Shown here: positions 37,361 to 45,685 of the stretch, piece by piece
Layout: each line of letters begins with the position of its first letter
Numbering within the stretch: the stretch's first letter is position 1
NCBI GenBank assembly: GCA_038232335.1
Contig: JBBSIA010000019.1
Span: 3,131-67,130 of the forward strand
DNA: 64,000 bases
From: Chthoniobacterales bacterium
GTDB lineage: Bacteria; Verrucomicrobiota; Verrucomicrobiia; Chthoniobacterales; UBA10450
Reading direction: 5' to 3'
The notes under the pieces: model-generated
Told to the model about the DNA's origin: nothing
The model's database searches: none
What the model saw: only the letters and a program-made list of their open reading frames with translations
Position numbers and translations under genes: made by a program

Positions 37361-38092
37361 ATGATCCAGAAAACATTGCTCGCGCTGACGACCATCGGTC
37401 TCTTCTCCAGCGCAAATTTCTCACGCGCGACGGAGGCAACTTTCGAGAGCAAGGTCACGAAAACTCATCTCCTCGAGTTATTCACGTCGGAAGGCTGCAG
37501 CAGTTGTCCACCCGCCGAGGCCTGGCTCAGCAAGCTCAAAGACGAACCGCGTCTCTGGCAGGATTTTGTGCCGCTCGCCTTCCACGTTGACTACTGGGAC
37601 AATCTTGGATGGCGCGATCCGTTTGCGTCGAAAGCGTGGACGGCGCGGCAATACGATTATTCGACGCGCTGGAAAAGCAGCAGCGTCTATACGCCGGGTT
37701 TTGTGCTCGATGGCCGCGAATGGCGCCGGGAGGGAATTCCCAGTGCCGCGAATGAGGCCGCCGGGGTTTTGAAAATCGCTCTCACCACCCCAGACGGCGT
37801 GAACGCGACCTTCACGCCCATCGCGGGCGGCAATCGGTCATTTGAAGTTCACATCGCGCGGCTTGGCTTCGGATTACAAACGAATGTGCAAGCGGGTGAG
37901 AACAGCGGCCGCAAGTTACTGCACGATTTCGTGGTCCTCTCGCTCGCGAAGCAACCGCTGACCGGCGGCAGGGCTGAGATACGCCTGGGCGCGGGCGCGA
38001 AGGAATCGATCGGCGGACGTCAGGCGATCGCGGCGTGGGTGACCGAAGCGGGGCAGAGCGAGCCTATCCAGACCGTCGGCGGCTGGCTCTGA
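37361..38092 (+). CDS. DUF1223 protein (secreted, thioredoxin-like CxxC)
   Basis: A signal peptide is followed by HLLELFTSEGCSSCPPAEAWLSKL and AFHVDYWDNLGWRDPFASK. Confidence 0.8.
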   Translation: MIQKTLLALTTIGLFSSANFSRATEATFESKVTKTHLLELFTSEGCSSCPPAEAWLSKLKDEPRLWQDFVPLAFHVDYWDNLGWRDPFASKAWTARQYDYSTRWKSSSVYTPGFVLDGREWRREGIPSAANEAAGVLKIALTTPDGVNATFTPIAGGNRSFEVHIARLGFGLQTNVQAGENSGRKLLHDFVVLSLAKQPLTGGRAEIRLGAGAKESIGGRQAIAAWVTEAGQSEPIQTVGGWL

Positions 38093-40020
38093 TGACGCCG
38101 ATCAGAGATTATGCCCTGATCGGTAACTGCGAGACGGCGGCGCTCATTAACCCGCACGGAGGGATTGACTGGCTTTGCCTGCCGGCGTTCGACTCGCCAT
38201 CCGTTTTCGGTGCTCTCCTGGATGGCGAAAAAGGCGGCGACTTCACGCTCAATCCAGCAGGTCAGTATGCCTCGGAACGCGAATATCTCGAGAACAGCGC
38301 GATCCTGCAAACTCGCTTCACCAGCGAGCAAGGGATCGTCAAGCTGACCGATTTTTTCGTGATTGCACGCGATCCGCATGCGCGCTTCTACGATTTCACT
38401 TCGCTTTTTCCGACCCGGAAACTCGTTCGGCTCGTGGAGTGGGAGAGTGGTCGACCGATCGCGATGAAAGTGCGAGTGCGTGCGCGGCCTGATTATGCGC
38501 GGGCGACCGCGAGGTGGCAGCGAGTAGGCGCCAACGGCTTCGCACTGAATGAAGCAACGCTATTCACGAATGCGGCTTTGAGGGAAGAGGCGAATGACTT
38601 GTCAGGCGAGGTCGTGGTCGCTGAGCACAGACCGTTTTTCGCGGTTTTTGATTACACGGATCAGCGGCCATTGCCGGATGTCGAGAAAGTCAGGAACTGG
38701 CTGAATACGACGAGGGCATTCTGGCACGAGTGGAATCTTTTCAATTACTACCGAGGACCACACGAGAAGATCGTCCGCCGCAGTGCCGTTACCTTGAAGC
38801 TGCTGACTTACGCGCAGACCGGCGCTTTCGTGGCGGCGCCGACGACATCGCTTCCGGAAATCCCGGGCGGCGATGCGAACTGGGATTACCGCTTCACCTG
38901 GCTGCGGGACACCTCGCTCTTCATTCAAACGCTATTCGGCCTCGGCTATTCCGGTGAGGCGAAGGACTTCCTCAATTTCGCGATCGGAAAATGGATGGAG
39001 CGTTGCGAAACACAAGGTTCCGGTGATGACGCAGTCACGGCGGAGGTCTTGTTTGCGATCGGCGACAATCCTGTCCGCCGGGAGACATTGCTCGATCATC
39101 TCTCAGGCTACGGCGGCGCCAAGCCGGTCCGGATCGGCAATCGCGCCAAGGACCAGTTCCAGCTCGATAATTACGGTCATCTTCTCCAGAGCCTCTTTTT
39201 CTTCCGGCATACCGGCGGAAAAATCGATAGCGACAAACGCAAAATGCTGGGACGCCTGACCGGTGAAGCATTGCGTTTCTGGCGCAAGGATGACAATGGC
39301 ATCTGGGAGGAACCCGAGACGCACCAATTCACCTATGGCAAGATCATGTGCTGGGTGGCACTGCAACGCGCGCGCGATCTGCTCGGTGATGACGATGGCG
39401 AGATTGAGCGGGCCTGTGATGAGATCCGTCACGAGGTCATGAGCCGCGGAATGATCAGTCGCGCCGGAACAAAAATTTTGTCCGCGAAGCTGAATCGCCC
39501 GGCGCTCGATGCTTCGACATTGCTCGCTTTCACCACCGGGTTCCTGCCGGAGCACGTCGCCGCGCTGACACGAGAAGCGATCGAGGAGGGCCTCGGCCGG
39601 GATCCGTTACTCTACCGCCATGAGCAGGGTGCGGGAAAGGAAGGCGCATTCCTGATTTGCAGCTTCTGGCGGATCAATCACCTGATTCGCGAGGGCCACC
39701 TCAAGCGCGCCGAGGAGATGCTCGACCGTGTGATTGCGCTGGCGAGCCCGCTTGGATTATATTCGGAAGAGATCGACCCCGAATCGTGTGAGTTCCTCGG
39801 CAACTTTCCACAGGCCTTTTCCCATCTGGGGCTGATCCAGAGCGTCGTTAATCTGGAAGGCGCGAAGAAGAGACGCGGCTTCCATGCCTTGCCTGACCAT
39901 GAAAAGTTCCAGCGCAGCGTCGGGCCGACGGTCGGAATCAAAGGGGTTATCGCCGGTTTTCTCCGGGTGCCTCGAACGGCGCTCTTGCTGTTCTCCCACA
40001 AATCCAAGTGGCGGGAATAA
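38092..40020 (+). CDS. Glycoside hydrolase family 15 protein (glucoamylase/trehalase-like)
   Basis: MTPIRDYALIGNCETAALINPHGGIDWLCLPAFDSPSVFGALLD and WDYRFTWLRDTSLFIQTL fit GH15. The ATG at 38092 overlaps the DUF1223 stop. Confidence 0.88.
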   Translation: MTPIRDYALIGNCETAALINPHGGIDWLCLPAFDSPSVFGALLDGEKGGDFTLNPAGQYASEREYLENSAILQTRFTSEQGIVKLTDFFVIARDPHARFYDFTSLFPTRKLVRLVEWESGRPIAMKVRVRARPDYARATARWQRVGANGFALNEATLFTNAALREEANDLSGEVVVAEHRPFFAVFDYTDQRPLPDVEKVRNWLNTTRAFWHEWNLFNYYRGPHEKIVRRSAVTLKLLTYAQTGAFVAAPTTSLPEIPGGDANWDYRFTWLRDTSLFIQTLFGLGYSGEAKDFLNFAIGKWMERCETQGSGDDAVTAEVLFAIGDNPVRRETLLDHLSGYGGAKPVRIGNRAKDQFQLDNYGHLLQSLFFFRHTGGKIDSDKRKMLGRLTGEALRFWRKDDNGIWEEPETHQFTYGKIMCWVALQRARDLLGDDDGEIERACDEIRHEVMSRGMISRAGTKILSAKLNRPALDASTLLAFTTGFLPEHVAALTREAIEEGLGRDPLLYRHEQGAGKEGAFLICSFWRINHLIREGHLKRAEEMLDRVIALASPLGLYSEEIDPESCEFLGNFPQAFSHLGLIQSVVNLEGAKKRRGFHALPDHEKFQRSVGPTVGIKGVIAGFLRVPRTALLLFSHKSKWRE

Positions 40021-40061
40021 CTGCGCGCGTCGCGACTCCTACTTGCGACAATCGAATTCAA

Positions 40062-40553
40062 ATGAAATTTCTTACCTTCTTCTTTGCCGCGTCTCTTGCC
40101 ACCGGCGCTATGGTCTCGGGGCAGGAGAACGCCAGCCAAACCGCGCCACCAGCTATGAGTGATAAGATTGAGAAAACCGATGCCGAGTGGAAGAAAGCCC
40201 TGACCCCGGATCAGTATTACGTGCTGCGGCGGAAAGGCACGGAACGGCCCTTCGCGAATGCCTACAATGGCTTGCATGATCACGGCATTTTTAAATGCGC
40301 CGCGTGCGACAAGGAGCTGTTCAGTTCCGAGGCGAAGTTCGAATCAGGCACCGGCTGGCCCAGCTTCTTCCAGCCGATCACAAAAGACGCTGTCCGGGTC
40401 GAAAGTGATCGCTCGTGGATCATCAAACGCGACGAAGTAGTCTGTGCGCGTTGCGGCGGGCACCTGGGTCATGTGTTTAATGATGGCCCGCAGCCGACCG
40501 GTTTGCGCTACTGCATGAACTCAGTGGCGATGAAGTTCGAGAAGCAGCCTTAA
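40062..40553 (+). CDS. msrB: Peptide-methionine (R)-S-oxide reductase with signal peptide
   Basis: MKFLTFFFAASLATGAMVSG is a signal peptide. It is followed by WKKALTPDQYYVLRRKGTERPF, GIFKCAACDKELFSSEAKFESGTGWPSF, CARCGGHLGHVFNDGP and RYCMNS. Confidence 0.9.
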   Translation: MKFLTFFFAASLATGAMVSGQENASQTAPPAMSDKIEKTDAEWKKALTPDQYYVLRRKGTERPFANAYNGLHDHGIFKCAACDKELFSSEAKFESGTGWPSFFQPITKDAVRVESDRSWIIKRDEVVCARCGGHLGHVFNDGPQPTGLRYCMNSVAMKFEKQP

Positions 40554-40674
40554 CCGCCGGGGCCGGCATGGCCGCTCATCATCCGATGTCCGCCTTCATG
40601 AGAACTCGAGGTCGTAAACGGAGGCCGGGAGCGCAAGGCAGCGCTTTAATCTATGGCGAAACTATTAGGTGAGC

Positions 40675-40715
40675 CCACGGGACCCTTCGACTTGGCTGCG
40701 CTGCACTCAGGATGA
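40675..40715. repeat. REP-like half element (family 1)
   Basis: CACGGGACCCTTCGACTTGGCTGCGCTGCACTCAGGATGAC resembles the right arm of the copy at 15004-15040. Confidence 0.5.
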
Positions 40716-40779
40716 CGCCGGTTATTTGCGGCGACCGCGATCGGCGCCAGTTGCGTTTTGTTCACGAGGCCGGCAAGCT

Positions 40780-41325
40780 ATGAAACCAAAGAAACTCAGC
40801 GAGCAGTTACGCAACGGTTCCGGCGATTACTTGGAGGAACGCCGGGGCGTCATCGCCCTAAGCCTGACTGCAATTGGCTGCATGGGACTGATCGCTTTGT
40901 ATCAAACCGGCATCATCCGTCGGCTCCCCGACTTGCCTCTGCCGATGATGGACTCCGACAAAGTCGACGCCTCGGACGAGGCTTACGCCAAACTTTCGAC
41001 GCCGGATGCGGTTATCGGCCTCGGTAGTTACGCGGCAACCATGGGTCTGGCGGCAATGGGTGGAAAAAACCGGGTGGAAACGATGCCGTGGGTTCCGCTC
41101 GCACTGGCAGCGAAAGTCGGCTTCGACGCGCTACAAGCCGGAAAGCTCACCTACGATCAGTGGGCCAAGCATAAAGCATTTTGCGTTTGGTGTCTGTTGG
41201 CGGCGGCAGCAACTTTTGCGACGGTGCCGCTTGTGCTCGGCGAAGCAGCGGCGGCCGTGGACAAGATCGGTAAACGGGTCAAATCGCATTCGGGGGGCGG
41301 CATTCGTTCATTCCTCGCCGATTGA
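40780..41325 (+). CDS. Vitamin K epoxide reductase (VKOR) family membrane protein
   Basis: GVIALSLTAIGCMGLIALYQTGII, VDASDEAYAKLSTPDAVIGLGSYA and a CxxC in helix 4 (KAFCVWCLLAAAATF). The start is set at ATG 40780. Confidence 0.75.
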   Translation: MKPKKLSEQLRNGSGDYLEERRGVIALSLTAIGCMGLIALYQTGIIRRLPDLPLPMMDSDKVDASDEAYAKLSTPDAVIGLGSYAATMGLAAMGGKNRVETMPWVPLALAAKVGFDALQAGKLTYDQWAKHKAFCVWCLLAAAATFATVPLVLGEAAAAVDKIGKRVKSHSGGGIRSFLAD

Positions 41326-41377
41326 GTTGATGCCGAGATTCCGGGAGTTTTTCGACTTTGCACCTCGAGCGGTCGTG

Positions 41378-41427
41378 TGGCATCGGCTTCCAGCCGGGGA
41401 TCAAGACATGGCTGGAAGCCCATGCCA
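41378..41427. repeat. Palindromic element (family 2, GGCTGGAAGCC-type)
   Basis: TGGCATCGGCTTCCAGCC...GGCTGGAAGCCCATGCCA is an 18-nt inverted repeat with one mismatch. It is the same flavour as 19888-19915. Confidence 0.55.
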
Positions 41428-41542
41428 CGTTGCGTGCGACGTCGATCGTTGTTTCGCGGCCTCGATTTGTTGAAAAGGCACAGATCTCCAGTGGCAGCAT
41501 AAAACGCTCGCGCGCCTCACTGGTTACGAAATAGCCTGACGA

Positions 41543-42430
41543 ATGGCTTTCGACCGCGCAGAACTCGCCCGTCGTTATCGCGTCGAGAATGGCGGGAAAT
41601 TTCGGCTCAAAGAATGTGATCCCGGTGACACAGGCGACATCAAATCGAAGGAACATGCGGCTGATGAACTGGCGGACGGCATGACAGAGTTATGCAAGCT
41701 GCAAGAACTCCTTTACGCACAAAATGAATGGTCAGTTCTGTTGATCTTTCAGGCGATGGACGCCGCGGGCAAGGACGGCACCATCAAGCACGTCCTGTCC
41801 GGCATCAATCCGCAGGGCTGCCGCGTCCATTCCTTCAAGGCGCCGAGCGCCGAAGAGCTGGGCCACGACTTCCTTTGGCGCGCGTCGCTCGTGTTACCTG
41901 ACCGCGGGGAGATCGCTGTCTTCAATCGAAGTTATTACGAGGAAGTGCTGGTAGTGCGGGTGCACCCGGATTATCTCAAGAATCAAAAACTACCCGCAAA
42001 GCTCGTCAGCAAATCCATCTGGGACGACCGCTTTCAAAGCATCAATGATTTCGAGCGCCATCTGACGCGAAACGGCACGCTCGTGCTGAAATTTTTTCTG
42101 CACGTCTCGCCCGAAGAGCAAAGGAAACGATTGCTCGAACGACTCGAGGAAAAGGAAAAAAACTGGAAGTTTGAAAAAGGCGATCTGGCGGAGCGGAAAC
42201 TCTGGGATCGATACATGGAAGTGTATGAATCGATGGTGCAGGAGACTGCGAGGGAATGCGCTCCGTGGCATGTGGTGCCAGCGGACCACAAGTGGTTCAC
42301 TCGCCTGGTGGTTTCGTCGGTTGTAATCGAAGAAATGCGCGCGCTGAAATTGCATTTTCCATCGCTGAGCGCGGACGAAAAGAAGGAAGTGGCGGCAGCG
42401 CGAATCGCATTGCGCGAGGGAAGCGAATAG
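41543..42430 (+). CDS. Polyphosphate kinase 2 family protein
   Basis: LLIFQAMDAAGKDGTIKHVLSGINPQGCRVHSFKAPSAEELGHDFLWR and FNRSYYEEVLVVRVH fit PPK2. Confidence 0.88.
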   Translation: MAFDRAELARRYRVENGGKFRLKECDPGDTGDIKSKEHAADELADGMTELCKLQELLYAQNEWSVLLIFQAMDAAGKDGTIKHVLSGINPQGCRVHSFKAPSAEELGHDFLWRASLVLPDRGEIAVFNRSYYEEVLVVRVHPDYLKNQKLPAKLVSKSIWDDRFQSINDFERHLTRNGTLVLKFFLHVSPEEQRKRLLERLEEKEKNWKFEKGDLAERKLWDRYMEVYESMVQETARECAPWHVVPADHKWFTRLVVSSVVIEEMRALKLHFPSLSADEKKEVAAARIALREGSE

Positions 42431-42432
42431 CT

Positions 42433-43542
42433 ATGAGGAGGTCGCGGAGCATGCCGATGATTTTTCGATCTCCTGTTTTGCTCTTCGCGCTCGCAGTGAC
42501 TTTCGCCACGGTCGCAACCGATGTTGAGGCAGCCGATTATCCGGCGCCCACGGAAGGGGATTACATCCTGCGCGATTTCAAGTTCGCCTCCGGCGAGAGC
42601 TTGCCTGAGCTGCGGATTCACTACCGGACGCTCGGAAAAGCTGAGAAGGATGCAAAAGGTCTGACGCGCAACGCCGTGCTCATCACTCACGGCACGACCG
42701 GCAGCGGCGCGCAATTCATCCGGCCGGAGTTCGCGGGTGAACTTTTCGGCGCAGATCAGCCGTTGGATGCAACGAAATTTTTCATCGTCCTGCCGGATGG
42801 AATCGGTCACGGCAAGTCGAGCAAACCGAGCGATGGCATGCACGCGAAATTCCCGCGTTACGGCTATCGCGACATGGTCGAAGCGCAGTATCGATTACTG
42901 ACGGATGGACTCGGCGTCAACCACGCGCGGCTCGTGATGGGCACGTCGATGGGCGGAATGCACACGTGGCTCTGGGGCGAAACACATCCGGAATTCATGG
43001 ACGCCTTGATGCCGCTGGCGAGTTTGCCGACGCAAATTTCCGGCCGCAATCGTGCGTGGCGTCGCATCGTTATCGACGCGATCCGCAATGATTCGGACTG
43101 GCGTGGTGGCGAATACGCGACGCAGCCGCAGAGTCTCCGGCTTGCGGCCCGGATGCTGTGGTTTATGAGCAGCAATCCCGTGTTGCGGCAGAAAGAGGGG
43201 CCCACATTCGCAAAGACGGACGAGGTGCTGGACAAATTTGTCGCCGATTACATGAAAACCGGTGACGCGAACGACGTGCTCTACGCGCTGGAAGCGTCAC
43301 ACGATTACGATCCGGGACCGGGTCTGGAGAAAATCCGCGCCCCGCTCCTGGCGATCAATTCGGCTGACGATCTGATCAATCCGCCCGAACTTGGTATTCT
43401 CGAATCCGAGATCAAACGCGTGCCACACGGTCGCGCCGTGATTCTCCCTTTGAGCGAGAAGACGCGAGGCCACGGTAGCCATACGATGGCGGCTTTATGG
43501 CGAGATGAACTCGCGATCCTGCTGGAAACGTCAGCGCGTTGA
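42433..43542 (+). CDS. Secreted alpha/beta hydrolase (homoserine acetyltransferase-like fold)
   Basis: A signal peptide is followed by NAVLITHGTTGSGAQF and the nucleophile elbow VMGTSMGGMHTW. The start is set at ATG 42433, 3 nt after the PPK2 stop. Confidence 0.8.
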   Translation: MRRSRSMPMIFRSPVLLFALAVTFATVATDVEAADYPAPTEGDYILRDFKFASGESLPELRIHYRTLGKAEKDAKGLTRNAVLITHGTTGSGAQFIRPEFAGELFGADQPLDATKFFIVLPDGIGHGKSSKPSDGMHAKFPRYGYRDMVEAQYRLLTDGLGVNHARLVMGTSMGGMHTWLWGETHPEFMDALMPLASLPTQISGRNRAWRRIVIDAIRNDSDWRGGEYATQPQSLRLAARMLWFMSSNPVLRQKEGPTFAKTDEVLDKFVADYMKTGDANDVLYALEASHDYDPGPGLEKIRAPLLAINSADDLINPPELGILESEIKRVPHGRAVILPLSEKTRGHGSHTMAALWRDELAILLETSAR

Positions 43543-43638
43543 CGAGAAGTTCAACCTTCTCCGCGGGAGCCCGATTACATTCAAATTTCGCAACAGACGC
43601 CGCTGGCGCGACCCTGTTCCAGATGCGCGGCGTTCGGC

Positions 43639-44151
43639 CTAACGCGCAAACGGCGTTGGGCTTGGCGTCACCGTTCTGCGGCGATGGGCGCGCCGCCCGC
43701 GCCGATCCCTCGAATTTCGCGAATCATAGGAGCGCCCACTCCTGCTCGAGATCACAACCGAGGCGCCGGAACCGTAGCTCCCGTACCCATTTCCGCCATA
43801 GCCGTATGGATTGCCACCATAGGCATAAGGGTAACCGCCGCGGTAGCCGTATGGATTGCCGCCGCCGTAATAACGAGGAGCCGCATACCCGGAGGAATAG
43901 TACGGATTGTATGGGCGGTAGCCAGGATAACCAGTCGCGTAGTAGCCGCTACGATATGGGCGAGCACCATAATAATCCTCCGCGCACCCCATCAAAGAAA
44001 ACGTCACGGCGAGAGCGATCGCGGCTGCCGCCGAAGCCCGGCAAAATCGCTTCCGCCTCCGAATCGGGGAAGGACGGGAAGCACGCAAAAGAAGGAGAGA
44101 GCGAAAAACAGTGAGCCGCTCCGAATGGGAGTTCATACAATTTATTCGCAT
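43639..44151 (-). CDS. Gly/Tyr/Pro-rich lipoprotein with a basic tail
   Basis: The lipobox is FSLMGC. It is followed by DYYGARPYRSGYYATGYPGYRPYNPYYSSGYAAPRYYGGGNPYGYRGGYPYAYGGNPYGYGGNGYGSYGSG and then an R/S-rich tail. The plus-strand ORFs over this region are mirror artefacts of the repeat. Confidence 0.5.
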   Translation of the reverse strand: MRINCMNSHSERLTVFRSLLLLRASRPSPIRRRKRFCRASAAAAIALAVTFSLMGCAEDYYGARPYRSGYYATGYPGYRPYNPYYSSGYAAPRYYGGGNPYGYRGGYPYAYGGNPYGYGGNGYGSYGSGASVVISSRSGRSYDSRNSRDRRGRRAHRRRTVTPSPTPFAR

Positions 44152-44471
44152 CTGCTCCGCCGCCTTGTCGCCTCTCTTGTGCAGTGAGTAGATGATTTGA
44201 ACAGCTTAGGCAAGCCTCCCGGCAACACGTGATATCATTTCCGGACAGTGGAACCTGTGATGTGGGGGCGAGACTCAGACGAAGCCTCGCGGCGGAAAGG
44301 CTCCGCGGAGCGTCGTCCCCTTCGAAGTGACGATCAACCATGCAACGAGTCAGCGAATCGAACTATCCAATTACTCCGCTGGCAAGAACTTGGAACTGGG
44401 TATGATCGGTTTGAGCTGACCGTTTTTCATCAAAATGGTCGCGCATCCGAGCGAGATCGCTTCATTGCGCA

Positions 44472-44921
44472 ATGCAATCGAGCCCGGCCGCGCGTGAAGT
44501 GGAAGAATTCTTTCACGCGCAGATTCCCCTGACCCGCGCGATGGGTGTGCGCGTAGTTTTCGCGGAGCCTGGCAGGATTGCGATCGAAGCGCCGGTCGCA
44601 CAAAACTCCAATCATCTGCAAACTGGCTTCGGCGGAAGCATTAACGCGATCGCGACGCTTGCCGGCTATGGTGTCCTTTGGCTGGCATTACGTGAAGATC
44701 CTGTGCACGTCGTCGTTGCCGAAAGCACAATTCGCTTTCTCCTGCCTGTTCGCGAGACAATCCGCGCGACCTGCGCGCTGCCGGCCGCAGCTGAAATGGC
44801 CGCGTTTCGCGCCCGCTTGCAAGCGACCGGTAAATCCCGAATTCAGCTCTGGGTGACGATCGAGGAAAACGACACGGCGGCAGCGGAATTTACCGGCCTC
44901 TTCATCGCCAGACGAAACTGA
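44472..44921 (+). CDS. YiiD C-terminal-domain-type thioesterase (hotdog fold)
   Basis: FFHAQIPLTRAMGVRVVFAEPGRIAIEAPVAQNSNHLQTGFGGSINAIATLAGYG fits the family. Confidence 0.7.
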   Translation: MQSSPAAREVEEFFHAQIPLTRAMGVRVVFAEPGRIAIEAPVAQNSNHLQTGFGGSINAIATLAGYGVLWLALREDPVHVVVAESTIRFLLPVRETIRATCALPAAAEMAAFRARLQATGKSRIQLWVTIEENDTAAAEFTGLFIARRN

Positions 44922-44986
44922 TCCGCCAGGGTTGGTATTGGCGATGGAGCTGATTGTTCTCCCATGCACTGGAGATATATTGCGAG

Positions 44987-45490
44987 ATGAGCAAGGCGTT
45001 TACTCGCGAATCCGACGACGCGCCCGATCTACCGGTCGCGATTGAGCGTGCGACGCCGCTGCCTCCCGGTGCGAAAAATTATCTGACGCGGCGAGGCGCG
45101 GAGGGGTTGCGGGAGGAGATGGCAAATCTCATCGAGAAGAAGCGGCCGAAGTTTGTCGGAGCAGAAGATCCGGAGACGAAACGACAGCTCACAGCGATTG
45201 ATCGACGCATCGCAGAACTCGAGCAAAGTCTTCAATCTGCCGAAATCATTGATCCCGCTGATGGAGCGACAGGCCGCGTTCGGTTCGGCACCACGGTTTC
45301 CGTCCGGGACGAGAAAGGCGACGTAACAACTTATCGCATCGTCGGCGTGGATGAAACCGACGCGGACCGCGGATGGGTGAGCTGGCTTTCGCCGATCGCG
45401 AAGGCGCTGCTGAATGCACGGCGTGGCGATCGCGTTCGTTTCAGGTTTCCGTCCGGCGAAGAATACCTCGAGATCATAGATGTTACTTAA
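44987..45490 (+). CDS. GreA/GreB-family transcription elongation factor
   Basis: MSKAFTRESDD... followed by a coiled-coil N-terminal domain. The C-terminal domain is RVRFGTTVSVRDEKGDVTTYRIVGVDETDADRGWVSWLSPIAKALLNARRGDRV. Confidence 0.8.
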   Translation: MSKAFTRESDDAPDLPVAIERATPLPPGAKNYLTRRGAEGLREEMANLIEKKRPKFVGAEDPETKRQLTAIDRRIAELEQSLQSAEIIDPADGATGRVRFGTTVSVRDEKGDVTTYRIVGVDETDADRGWVSWLSPIAKALLNARRGDRVRFRFPSGEEYLEIIDVT

Positions 45491-45548
45491 GTCTGAAAAA
45501 CGCAGCAGGTTAGAAGGCGAGCTATCTCATAATGCAACGCAAGCATGT

Positions 45549-45630
45549 ATCCCGAGCGAAGTCGAGGGATCCCGTAGCGTTACCTTGAGGTCCCACAACG
45601 GGGACCCCCCTCGACTTCGCTCGGGATGAC
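45549..45630. repeat. REP-like palindromic intergenic element (family 1)
   Basis: ATCCCGAGCGAAGTCGAGGGATCCC...CCCCTCGACTTCGCTCGGGATGAC has a perfect 19-nt inverted repeat (TCCCGAGCGAAGTCGAGGG). The track ORF 45527..45931 (CHPERSRG...) is a read-through of this element. Confidence 0.7.
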
Positions 45631-45685
45631 ATAAGCACATTTTCGCGGTGACGCCTTCGCGGCCACCTGTCAGCGTAGGCAGTAG

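Noticed and set aside
43539-44187. Plus-strand 191-aa and 167-aa Arg/His/Pro-rich ORFs.
   Set aside because: They are the complement-frame images of the Gly/Tyr-repeat lipoprotein gene. They have no start context or domain features.
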